Assembly (NCBI GenBank): GCA_964438385.1
Contig: CAYTKI010000010.1
Location: 71,530 to 135,529, forward strand
From: an uncultured Methanosarcinales archaeon
Lineage (GTDB): Archaea; Nanobdellota; Nanobdellia; Woesearchaeales; GW2011-AR4
Direction: 5' to 3'
DNA length: 64,000 bases
How positions within the stretch are numbered: position 1 is the stretch's first letter; every line of letters starts with the position of its first letter. This document shows, piece after piece, positions 9,547-18,216 of the stretch. Below the pieces are notes generated by a model. That model searched no databases. It was not told the DNA's origin and saw nothing but the letters and a program-made list of their open reading frames with translations. A program made the translations under genes and the position numbers.

Positions 9547-12096
9547 CTAACCTACTGATCCTTCCATGCTCATCGCGATGAGGCGATTCAGTTCAACCGC
9601 ATATTCCACCGGCAATTCCTTGGTGAACGGCTCAATGAAGCCCGAGACGATCATGGTCATCGCCTGTTCCTCATCAAGCCCGCGGCTCATCAGGTAAAAC
9701 AGCTGCTCTTCAGACACTTTGCCAACAGACGCCTCATGGCCTATCGAGACATTCTTCTCATTGATCTCCATGTATGGCACGGTGTCAGATGAGGACTTGG
9801 GATCAAGTATGAGCGCATCGCAGGTGACAGTGGATTTCACGTGGTGCGCGCCCTTCGCAACCTTCAATAGGCCGCGATAGATAGTCTTTCCGCCGTCCTT
9901 TGAGATTGATTTATTGACTATTTTTGAAGTGGTATACGGCGCAAAATGAAGCACTTTTCCGCCTGCGTCAAGCACCTGTCCTTTACCGGCGAACGCGACA
10001 GAGAGGATGTCCGCGCGGGCGCCTTCTTCAAGGAGCCACACGGCCGGATATTTCATGGTGATCTTGCTTCCCAAATTCCCATCAACCCACTCAACTGTTG
10101 CATTTTTATACGCAAACGCCCGCTTGGTGACAAGGTTATAGACATTATTGCTCCAGTTCTGGATGGTGGTGTACCTGATTTTGCTCCCCTCAAGCGCAAT
10201 GAGCTCAACCACGGCCGAGTGCAGGGAATCCGAGGAATAGACAGGTGCTGTGCAATTATGAACGACAACTCCATGACTTATGTACGATTCGTCCTCTTCA
10301 ACACTGAAATTGTAGACATCAAGATCCCAGACATCCTCTTTTCGGATCGCGCTGATGGGGACAAATGCGTAATCTTCTGTAATCTGGGTTAGGGAAACAA
10401 GAACCTGCCCCTCATTATCGCGATGGACGTTCATTTCACCTTTTTCTTTTCCAATAAGGTCAGAAAATAATGGGAGATAAGAGCCTCCGACATACACTGC
10501 AAAGCCGTCATTGCGCGGAGCCGATTTTTTCCAAACGTTTATCGAGGCGCAAATATTGAGCCTAAGCAGGATATCTCTTGTCTGCTCCGCCAGTTTTTCA
10601 GAAATGGTGTTTATCCTAAACATCGTTTTCCTTCCCCAAGAATATTGCTTGCTGGCAAAGCTTCCATCCCCTCTCCAATAGCCCTTGATAAATTCCGCCT
10701 GTTTTTCGGTGTCCTCAAACATGAACCACGAAGGAAGCGACTTGTTTTTCGCTCCTGAGCTAAACTGCTGTTTGAAGATTCGCGTGGCCGCCGTGCTGCA
10801 GAGGACTAAAGAAATGCCGTTCTTGTACTCTTTATACTCTAATGGCTCTTTTCCGAAGTACCTCTCCAGAAGGTCTTTAACATCATCAATGTACTCTCTT
10901 TCTGCCTTATTAAAGGTAAAATTTAGATAATGGCCACTGCTGATAGAACCTTCGGCCATATAGTATCCGACCAAACGGAAGAAATCTTTGTCTGTTGTTA
11001 TCTTGACATCAATATCTTTGGGTTTATGCCTGCCCCTTCCGAGCGGAATAGAGAACCATCTTTCATCTTGTGATAGGACACTCCTCTCGATCGGGATTGC
11101 AACATAATCTCCTTTTTCTAGTTCACCCGCCTCAACCCACTTTGGTTTCCACTCCGCATTCTTGTATTCTTCCTTCTGGCGTCTTACGCATAAGACGGGG
11201 TGCCCTCCGGTAATTTGCATTTCTTGTCGGCTGTCCCCTACATATCTGATAGTGCATAATTGCCCCCTATGCTTTCTTCTCATTGTTTTGTAGACTCTCT
11301 TGTATGTTCCGGTATGGGTGAGGACATGGTCTCCTTCCTGAACGTCCTCAATTTTTTTAGTGCCTTTTACTGTTTTAATCGGCGTTCCTTTTGTAAAGCA
11401 ACCCTCGATGTAATGCACGGACGCGCCGGGCTCGGTGACGATAAGCGTTCTTTCGAATTGGCCCATATTCTTCGCATTGATGCGAAAATACGCCTGAAGG
11501 GGAAGGCCGACATGAACTCCCTTTGGCACATACACAAAGCTTCCGCCGCTCCACACGGCCGTGTTCAGGGCCGCGAACTTGTTGTCTTCAGGAGGGATGA
11601 TGGTGCCAAAATATTTTTTTACAATCTCCGGATACTGCTTGAGCGCGGAATCCATGTCAAGGAAAATCACACCCTGCTTCGCCAGGTCATCCCGTATCTT
11701 GTGATAGATGACTTCAGAATCGTACTGCGCGCCAACTCCTCCCAAGAATTTCTGTTCGGCCTCAGGGATGCCAAGCTTGTTGAAGGTGTCCTTGATGTAT
11801 TGCGGGACATCGTCCCAATTATCATCCTTCCTATTCGTCGCTCTGAGATAATAATGGATATCGTCGAATTTGATTGTGCTCAGATCAACGCCCCATTTTG
11901 GCATGGGTCTTGAATTGAAGTGTTCCAATGCCCGAAGCCTGAACTCAAGCATCCACTGCGGTTCATCCTTGATTTTTGATATCTGGCGCACCACATCTTC
12001 GCTTAGGCCCTTTCCCGTGTCATAGACGTGCTGCTCCTTGTCGTGGAAGCCAAACTTGCTGTAGTCCTTCTCGAATACTTGTTCTGTCTGTACCAT
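9547..12096 (-). CDS. sufB: SufB Fe-S assembly scaffold interrupted by a 382-aa intein
   Basis: 849 aa versus about 470 aa for a normal SufB. The extein halves are SufB-like (TLIVTEPGASVHYIEG | CTAPVYSSDS...). The insert begins with Cys233 and ends VVHN614 followed by Cys+1. Confidence 0.9.
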   Translation of the reverse strand: MVQTEQVFEKDYSKFGFHDKEQHVYDTGKGLSEDVVRQISKIKDEPQWMLEFRLRALEHFNSRPMPKWGVDLSTIKFDDIHYYLRATNRKDDNWDDVPQYIKDTFNKLGIPEAEQKFLGGVGAQYDSEVIYHKIRDDLAKQGVIFLDMDSALKQYPEIVKKYFGTIIPPEDNKFAALNTAVWSGGSFVYVPKGVHVGLPLQAYFRINAKNMGQFERTLIVTEPGASVHYIEGCFTKGTPIKTVKGTKKIEDVQEGDHVLTHTGTYKRVYKTMRRKHRGQLCTIRYVGDSRQEMQITGGHPVLCVRRQKEEYKNAEWKPKWVEAGELEKGDYVAIPIERSVLSQDERWFSIPLGRGRHKPKDIDVKITTDKDFFRLVGYYMAEGSISSGHYLNFTFNKAEREYIDDVKDLLERYFGKEPLEYKEYKNGISLVLCSTAATRIFKQQFSSGAKNKSLPSWFMFEDTEKQAEFIKGYWRGDGSFASKQYSWGRKTMFRINTISEKLAEQTRDILLRLNICASINVWKKSAPRNDGFAVYVGGSYLPLFSDLIGKEKGEMNVHRDNEGQVLVSLTQITEDYAFVPISAIRKEDVWDLDVYNFSVEEDESYISHGVVVHNCTAPVYSSDSLHSAVVELIALEGSKIRYTTIQNWSNNVYNLVTKRAFAYKNATVEWVDGNLGSKITMKYPAVWLLEEGARADILSVAFAGKGQVLDAGGKVLHFAPYTTSKIVNKSISKDGGKTIYRGLLKVAKGAHHVKSTVTCDALILDPKSSSDTVPYMEINEKNVSIGHEASVGKVSEEQLFYLMSRGLDEEQAMTMIVSGFIEPFTKELPVEYAVELNRLIAMSMEGSVG
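10255..11400 (-). mobile_element. intein with LAGLIDADG homing endonuclease, inserted in SufB
   Basis: Splicing blocks: N-terminal Cys (CFTKGTPIKTV), block B TGGHPVL, two LAGLIDADG motifs (LVGYYMAEGS and FIKGYWRGDGSF), and terminal HN followed by Cys+1. Removing it restores a 467-aa SufB. Confidence 0.85.
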
Positions 12097-12098
12097 CT

Positions 12099-12506
12099 CT
12101 AGTTTCTCCCTGCATTAATTTGAAGAAGTTCATTCTCATCAAAGCAGATATTGCAGTTGGCTAAATCCTTGGACTGTTTGCGGTGAATGTCGCAGAGGAT
12201 CTGCTTGACTTTGGTGAGATTGCTAATGCGGTAAATTTCCGCAACGATGCGCTGTCTTTTCCCACTTTCCTTGAGGATAGCATCCGCGGACTTCCTAATC
12301 TCATCAATCACGCTTTCAGAGAATATGACTTCGGAACCGCGCTTGCCGTGCGCATACTGGGAGATTGCAGCTTCGGTAAGGCCAAGCAGCTTTGCAGTCT
12401 CCTTCTGCGAGAGCTTCCTCTCCTCGACAAGCACGTGCGCAAGCTTTCCCCGAATTGCAGGGATGATGTAGCGCACTTCGATTTCCTGAGGCAAGACATC
12501 GTCCAT
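12099..12506 (-). CDS. HTH transcriptional regulator with a C-terminal Cys cluster, immediately upstream of sufB
   Basis: HTH SQKETAKLLGLTEAAISQY and a C-terminal CDIHRKQSKDLANCNIC (CX12CXC). The 3-nt gap to the sufB start suggests co-transcription. Confidence 0.5.
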   Translation of the reverse strand: MDDVLPQEIEVRYIIPAIRGKLAHVLVEERKLSQKETAKLLGLTEAAISQYAHGKRGSEVIFSESVIDEIRKSADAILKESGKRQRIVAEIYRISNLTKVKQILCDIHRKQSKDLANCNICFDENELLQINAGRN

Positions 12507-12568
12507 AGTTAACGATTGTTAAGTAGGATATTTAAAGGTTGCGACAGAAGGGGCTTTGCACAAAAAAA

Positions 12569-13513
12569 CTAAGAAATTCCCCTGATAGTTTTCTTCATGA
12601 CCTGAGCAGAACTCTTCAGTTTCCTGCGTTCCATCGCATCAAGCGGCATCACAATCTGCTCTTTAATTCCCTGCCGGTTCACAATGCACGGAACGCTTAG
12701 GCACACATCAGAGATGCCGTCATAGTTCTTGAGCAGGGTGGAAAGCGCAAGCACCTGGTTCTGATCTGAGAGGATTGAGCGCACTATTTTTGAAATGACA
12801 AGCCCTATGGCGTAATACGTCGCCCCTTTCTTTGCGATGACTTCATACGCGGCATTCTTTGTTTTTAAATAGAGTTTTTCCATTGCCTTTTTGTTGTACT
12901 GCCTGAAATATTTGAGAGGAACGCCCGCGACATTCGCCGTGCTCCACACCGGAAATGAGGAGTCTCCATGCTCGCCCATGATGTAGGCGTGGACGGATTC
13001 CGCAGACACTCCGAAATGCTCGCCAAGAAGGAAACGGAAGCGCGCAGTGTCAAGCATGGTTCCGGTGCCAAAGACGCGCGAAGCGGGGAACTTGGAGTAT
13101 TTGATCGCAAGATGAGTGAGCACATCAACTGGATTACTCACCACAAGAATGATGCAATTTTTATTGTGCCGCGCGATTCCCGGAATGATCTCTTTGAATA
13201 TTTCTGCGTTGCGCTTCACAAGGTCAAGCCGCGTTTCTCCTTCTTTCTGGTGCGCGCCTGCCGTAATCACAACAATCTCTGCGCCCTTGCACAGCGCATA
13301 GTCAGATCCGAATTCAATTTTGGCGTTTGGCTTGAACTGAAGCCCGTGCCGAAGATCCATCGCCTCCCCTTCTGCTTTCTCCCCATGCCTATCAATCAGC
13401 ACGATTTCAGATGCCGCGCCATCTATCATCAGGGCATATGCGGCAGTGCTTCCGACAAACCCTGCGCCGATGATGGCGACTTTACCCGTTGTGTTTTTTG
13501 CCACGTTTGCCAT
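12569..13513 (-). CDS. mdh: LDH-like malate/L-lactate dehydrogenase
   Basis: Rossmann motif GAGFVGSTAAYAL, a catalytic His region MGEHGDS, and family-typical ~310-aa length. Confidence 0.85.
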   Translation of the reverse strand: MANVAKNTTGKVAIIGAGFVGSTAAYALMIDGAASEIVLIDRHGEKAEGEAMDLRHGLQFKPNAKIEFGSDYALCKGAEIVVITAGAHQKEGETRLDLVKRNAEIFKEIIPGIARHNKNCIILVVSNPVDVLTHLAIKYSKFPASRVFGTGTMLDTARFRFLLGEHFGVSAESVHAYIMGEHGDSSFPVWSTANVAGVPLKYFRQYNKKAMEKLYLKTKNAAYEVIAKKGATYYAIGLVISKIVRSILSDQNQVLALSTLLKNYDGISDVCLSVPCIVNRQGIKEQIVMPLDAMERRKLKSSAQVMKKTIRGIS

Positions 13514-13527
13514 TTTTCTTTAGCCAA

Positions 13528-13965
13528 CTATAATGTTGCCTGATCCACCTTGATATGCACAAGTTCAATCCCAATTTTCTTCGCGATTTCAAAAATGCGC
13601 TCATCGCGGTAGAACTCGCCGTAGAATATCTTCTTCACACCGGCATTTGCCATCATCTTGAAGCACTGCCAGCACGGCGATGCGGTGATATAGACTTCCC
13701 CGCCTTCGATCCTAACGCCGTTTCGAGCCGCCTGCAATATAGCATTGGTCTCCGCATGGATGGTGGCCACGCAATGCCCATTCTCCATCATATGGCCCAT
13801 CTCATCGCAGTGTGGCATCCCACGTATTGATCCATTGTAGCCCGTTGAGAGGATGATGCGGTCGCGCACAATGACCGCGCCCACGTGCTTGCGATCGCAG
13901 GTGCTTCTGGTCGCCACCTGCTTTGCGATATTCATGAAGTATTCTTCCCAGCTGACCCGTGCCAT
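13528..13965 (-). CDS. dCMP deaminase (cytidine/deoxycytidylate deaminase family)
   Basis: Zinc motifs HAETNAI and PCWQC. Confidence 0.8.
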   Translation of the reverse strand: MARVSWEEYFMNIAKQVATRSTCDRKHVGAVIVRDRIILSTGYNGSIRGMPHCDEMGHMMENGHCVATIHAETNAILQAARNGVRIEGGEVYITASPCWQCFKMMANAGVKKIFYGEFYRDERIFEIAKKIGIELVHIKVDQATL

Positions 13966-13984
13966 TATGTTTCACCCGATTCCA

Positions 13985-14533
13985 TTAAACGGCTATCGCA
14001 TCCATCTTTTTAAACAATTCGCTCAGTGTCCCATTATTCTCAACAATCATTTTCGCCATGGAGAGGCATTTGTCCAACTGTTGCCCTGATGTGTTGGCAG
14101 TATTTTCTCTTTGCTCATGCGCGATAAACTCCTCAAATGAGTTTGCATCTCCTTTCCTGCCTCTTTTTTTCATGCGCTCAAAGCGCAGTTCGGTTTTTGC
14201 CTCAATTCCTATCAGCATAAATCCAGGATTCTTCAGGAGCTCCTTCACTTCTCCTGGGCTTCGGATGCTATCCACTACGAATCTGTCCTTTCCTTGCTTT
14301 TTTAATCTGGCAATCTTTTCATTGATTCTAAAAGCCAAATATCCGGCTCCATATTGCGCGCGCAACAAATTGCCAAAGGGAATCAACTCGTCGCGAGTAT
14401 GAGGAATTCCTCTTTTAGTGGCTTCCTCGCGCAATTCATCTGAGAGCGAAAAATACGCAAAGCCTTTGTTCTCAAGGTGCTTTGCCGCCTCTCCCTTGCC
14501 CGCGGCGTTTTTGCCCGTTAAGCCAATGATCAT
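13985..14533 (-). CDS. P-loop nucleotide/nucleoside kinase (dephospho-CoA-kinase-like, UPF0200-type)
   Basis: Walker A GLTGKNAAGKGE right after MIIG. The ORF-track start at 14656 would overlap nrdR, so the start is trimmed. Confidence 0.5.
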   Translation of the reverse strand: MIIGLTGKNAAGKGEAAKHLENKGFAYFSLSDELREEATKRGIPHTRDELIPFGNLLRAQYGAGYLAFRINEKIARLKKQGKDRFVVDSIRSPGEVKELLKNPGFMLIGIEAKTELRFERMKKRGRKGDANSFEEFIAHEQRENTANTSGQQLDKCLSMAKMIVENNGTLSELFKKMDAIAV

Positions 14534-14555
14534 GATTTCCCTATGCAACCAACAC

Positions 14556-15008
14556 TTATTTTTTGTCCTCAAGTTTTTCAAGCTCTTCCTTGAAGCTTGC
14601 CAAACTCTCAAAATCCTGATAGACAGATGCAAAGCGGATATAGGCGATCTTGTCAAGCGACTTGAGCTTGCGCATCACAATCCTGCCAATCGCCTTGCTC
14701 TCAACCTCAGCGGCTTCCTTCCTTCTCAGCTCGGCCTCGATCTCATCAACAGTTTCCTCGAGCTTTGCAAGGGACACGCGCTTCTCGCAGGCGGAAAGCA
14801 TGCCATTGAGAATCTTTCTGCGATCAAACTTCTCCTTTCGGCCATCTTTCTTGATGACGATAATCTCATCCAAATCCGCCTTCTCATAGGTGGTGAAGCG
14901 GCGCTCACACTTGAGGCAGCCCCTTCTCCTGCGCGTCGCTTCAAGGTTTTCCGTTTCCCGCGTCTCGATGACCTGCGTGTCAGGATTCCCGCAATATGGA
15001 CATTTCAT
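14556..15008 (-). CDS. nrdR: NrdR transcriptional repressor (zinc ribbon plus ATP-cone)
   Basis: N-terminal MKCPYCG ... CLKCERRFTTYE zinc ribbon followed by an ATP-cone (VIKKDGRKEKFDRRKI). Confidence 0.85.
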   Translation of the reverse strand: MKCPYCGNPDTQVIETRETENLEATRRRRGCLKCERRFTTYEKADLDEIIVIKKDGRKEKFDRRKILNGMLSACEKRVSLAKLEETVDEIEAELRRKEAAEVESKAIGRIVMRKLKSLDKIAYIRFASVYQDFESLASFKEELEKLEDKK

Positions 15009-15124
15009 GCAAACCCCCGCCTCAATCCGTTTTTAGCCGTATATATAGGTTTTGTTAGGTTTTATCAAATCAATCGTTCACCTAAATCAATACCTTTTTA
15101 AAAAAGTTCATCAAAAAACAGATA

Positions 15125-16054
15125 ATGGGCAAGGTAAGAAAAGAGGAGTTTGAAAGTCTCGCCATAGGCGGCCAGGCGGTCATTGAAGGTGTGATGATCC
15201 TTGCTCCGACCAAATACGCAATTTCCGTGAGAAAGCCAAACAGATCCATAAGGACAAAAGTGACTGGGCTCAAAGCGCCAAATTCCAAATTCAAAAAACT
15301 CCCCTTCATCCGCGGCTCAGTCAATCTGGTGAGGATGCTTGCAATCGGCATGAAAGCGCTGGTGTGGTCATCCAATCAGGTGGCCCAAAAAAAGGAGGAT
15401 AAGCTCTCCGCAAAGGAGATGGGAACAACCATTTTCTTCTCCATCCTCTTTGCGATTGGCATCTTCGTTGCGCTCCCATACTTTCTCACCCACTGGATCG
15501 GCTTTCGGGAGGAGGCAAAGCCCTTTCTCTTCAACCTGGTGGACGGTATCATTCGCATAGCCTTCTTTGTTGGCTACATCTGGGCAATCTCCTTCATGAA
15601 AGACATCCATAGGATGTTCCAATACCACGGCGCAGAGCACATGGCAATCCACTGCTACGAGCACAAGAAAAAACTCATCGTGCAAAACGTCGCCAAATTC
15701 ACGACCTTGCATCCTCGCTGCGGGACAGCATTTCTCCTTATAGTGCTTATTATCAGCATTCTCATCTTTTCAATCATCCCTTCCCTCGTCATTTTCCTTT
15801 ACCCAACGTTTATGGAATTAAGCGGATGGGTGAGAAAACCCCTTCTTTTTGTAATGAGAATTCTATTTTTGCCCGTTGTTGCGGGGGTCTCCTACGAGCT
15901 TCTCAAGGCATCGGACAAGTACAAGAGCAATATCCTATTGAAAGCATTCTCAATGCCTGGCCTATGGCTGCAGAAAATCACAACGCAAAAACCAAGCAAG
16001 GATCAGATAGAAGTCGCGATCGCCTCGGTGAAGGCGGCGCTAAGAAAGCATTAA
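15125..16054 (+). CDS. DUF1385 (YqhQ-like) membrane protein
   Basis: GGQAVIEGVM motif near the N-terminus and multiple transmembrane segments. Confidence 0.55.
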   Translation: MGKVRKEEFESLAIGGQAVIEGVMILAPTKYAISVRKPNRSIRTKVTGLKAPNSKFKKLPFIRGSVNLVRMLAIGMKALVWSSNQVAQKKEDKLSAKEMGTTIFFSILFAIGIFVALPYFLTHWIGFREEAKPFLFNLVDGIIRIAFFVGYIWAISFMKDIHRMFQYHGAEHMAIHCYEHKKKLIVQNVAKFTTLHPRCGTAFLLIVLIISILIFSIIPSLVIFLYPTFMELSGWVRKPLLFVMRILFLPVVAGVSYELLKASDKYKSNILLKAFSMPGLWLQKITTQKPSKDQIEVAIASVKAALRKH

Positions 16055-16102
16055 GCTCATTATTTTACCCCATTAGAATATAAAATAAAACATATAAAGG
16101 AA

Positions 16103-16378
16103 TTACAAAGTTTCAGGCGGAAGCCCCAAAAACCGATACATCTCCTCTTTCTTTCTCGGGTTAAGTGAAATATGCCACTCCCCTGTCTTCTTGAGGCGAA
16201 TGAGAAAATCCATCTTGTGCAGTTCTTCAATTGCCTCATCAACTATTTTTGAGCCGCGCAGATGTTTTGGCAGCCCTTTCACAAGGTTGATCTCCTCGGT
16301 ATGGGAATTGCCCCACTTATGCGGCTTCATGGCCATCAGTTTTCTGAGCATTTTTTCCTGGATGAGACGCTTGTCCAT
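16103..16378 (-). CDS. small winged-helix DNA-binding protein
   Basis: Start trimmed to MDKRLIQEKM. The upstream 52 codons of the ORF-track entry look like intergenic read-through. Confidence 0.4.
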   Translation of the reverse strand: MDKRLIQEKMLRKLMAMKPHKWGNSHTEEINLVKGLPKHLRGSKIVDEAIEELHKMDFLIRLKKTGEWHISLNPRKKEEMYRFLGLPPETL

Positions 16379-16484
16379 TTTCCAAAAACAAAGCCAACAG
16401 ATATTTAAACATTGACTCTTATTAAGGTACATCAATATACCAAAATAGAAAGTATTAAATAGGAAATGCTGCTTCAGTTCCAAC

Positions 16485-16811
16485 ATGGGCGAAACAACCA
16501 TCTTCCGGGAAGCATTGGGAGACTCCCCAGTCATCCGGGTATTGGATTTTCTTATCGAGGGGAGGGGATTGGATTATTCCCTTTCGGACATTGCGGAAAA
16601 TTCCAACATAGGATGGACAACGCTGCACCGCATCTGGGAAAAGTTAGTCAAGATTGGAATGGTAAAACCGACAAGGGAGATTGGCAGGGCAAAACTCTTC
16701 ACACTTAATGAGAAAAACCCCGCGGTGAAAAACCTGATTACCCTCTATGATACGCTGCTCTATCAGGAGACAGAAAAGCGCCTTTCTCAAGAAATAAAAG
16801 CCACCATATAA
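16485..16811 (+). CDS. winged-helix transcriptional regulator
   Basis: wHTH-like region SLSDIAENSNIGWTTLHRIWEKLVKIGMVK. Divergent from the previous small wHTH gene across a 106-bp AT-rich promoter region. Confidence 0.5.
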   Translation: MGETTIFREALGDSPVIRVLDFLIEGRGLDYSLSDIAENSNIGWTTLHRIWEKLVKIGMVKPTREIGRAKLFTLNEKNPAVKNLITLYDTLLYQETEKRLSQEIKATI

Positions 16812-16833
16812 TTCCCTCACTTCAAAAAAACAA

Positions 16834-18216
16834 TCAATCCTGATGCATTCGAAAGAACTCCTGCAGCTTCATCTGCTCCTTGAGCAGTTCTTTTGGTGAT
16901 TGTAGGGTCTTTTTTTTGTTTTCTTTTCGGTGGTCTTTTTCATTTTTCGTCTTCTGATATTTCATTGTTGATATTTGATTTTGTTCATTCTCTAATGATT
17001 TTTTAGTTAATGGCTTTCCCGTATTGGCAAACTTTGGCACCCCATACACCCCATCATACCCCGGCTCAATTGTGACTTCCTGCCGCCGTGTTTGCATGAT
17101 GGCATCGGCTACATCCCCGCCCGCAACCTTCATAATCTCACTCTCCTGCGCATCCAGCATCACCGAGAACTCAGAGCCAAATGTGCCAACGAGGCGATGG
17201 TACATCTCCCATGTCTTCTTGGAGGCAACTGGTGATCCCAAGACGGCAGAAATAATCTCGGAGAGAGGAATCAAATCACGGAAAGGGACAGCGTCCTTTG
17301 GCGTATAACCGACAGGACGGTCTGCAAGCTCTTCCACCCGATACGCAACGCCAATAGTCAATGGCTGCCTGCATTTTGGGCAGATGCCATTACTCTTCCT
17401 TGTTTCTTCAGGGGAAAAAACAACAGTGCAGTTGCGGTGCCCATCATAATGGTATTTCCCGTAGTTGGGATCCACTTCAATGGTCTCAACCAGTCCTTTT
17501 TTTGTCCGAAGGGCCAAGATCAGCTGCTTATAATCGTACTCAATGTCAAACACCGTGCATTCCCTGCCCAATCTCCACGGCCAATAGGAATGCGCATCGG
17601 AATTAGAAACAAGCGTGTACTTGTCAAGTGTAGAAACCCTCCAGTTCATGGCGGGATCAGAACTCAGTCCCGTCTCAATCGCATGGATGTGCTTTGCCTG
17701 GTCCAAAAAGCACTCTTCAACGGAATCAAATCCGGATTTGCTTCCCAAAAGCCCAAACCACGGTGTCCAGACATGCGCGGGGATAATCTCAATATCCAAA
17801 TCAATGGACTTCATCATCTCAACTAGCTCAATGCACGAGAAGCCAAACATCGGCCTACCATCATAATCAAGCCGTCCTTTCTTGAGCAGCGCGGCATTGA
17901 TTTGATCCACGATATCAAAGCTCTTCGCAAGCAAAAGATTGTGAATGCGCCTCCCTTTGCCGCCCTGGGTGTAGATGTTTGAGATTTCCCCCTGGAGCAT
18001 GAACTTAAAGCCGCTCGTTGAGGAGAGGATGCCAGACCCATCCTCGGAAAGCTCTGACTTCAGTTCCTTAAGCCACAGCGGATGCGTAAAGTCCCCGGTG
18101 CCAAGAAGGGTGATTCCCTTGAGCCGCGCATACTTCTCAAGGTTTGCAAGGGTGATTGAGCCGGATGTTGCCCTACTGAAGCGGGAATGCACCTGAAGGT
18201 CTGCGATGATGTTCAT
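16834..18216 (-). CDS. EndoQ-like PHP-domain endonuclease with C-terminal zinc finger
   Basis: N-terminal PHP motif DLQVHSRFS ... GITLLGTGDFTHPLW resembles the archaeal EndoQ N-terminus. It has a CPKCRQ zinc finger and is 460 aa. Confidence 0.55.
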   Translation of the reverse strand: MNIIADLQVHSRFSRATSGSITLANLEKYARLKGITLLGTGDFTHPLWLKELKSELSEDGSGILSSTSGFKFMLQGEISNIYTQGGKGRRIHNLLLAKSFDIVDQINAALLKKGRLDYDGRPMFGFSCIELVEMMKSIDLDIEIIPAHVWTPWFGLLGSKSGFDSVEECFLDQAKHIHAIETGLSSDPAMNWRVSTLDKYTLVSNSDAHSYWPWRLGRECTVFDIEYDYKQLILALRTKKGLVETIEVDPNYGKYHYDGHRNCTVVFSPEETRKSNGICPKCRQPLTIGVAYRVEELADRPVGYTPKDAVPFRDLIPLSEIISAVLGSPVASKKTWEMYHRLVGTFGSEFSVMLDAQESEIMKVAGGDVADAIMQTRRQEVTIEPGYDGVYGVPKFANTGKPLTKKSLENEQNQISTMKYQKTKNEKDHRKENKKKTLQSPKELLKEQMKLQEFFRMHQD

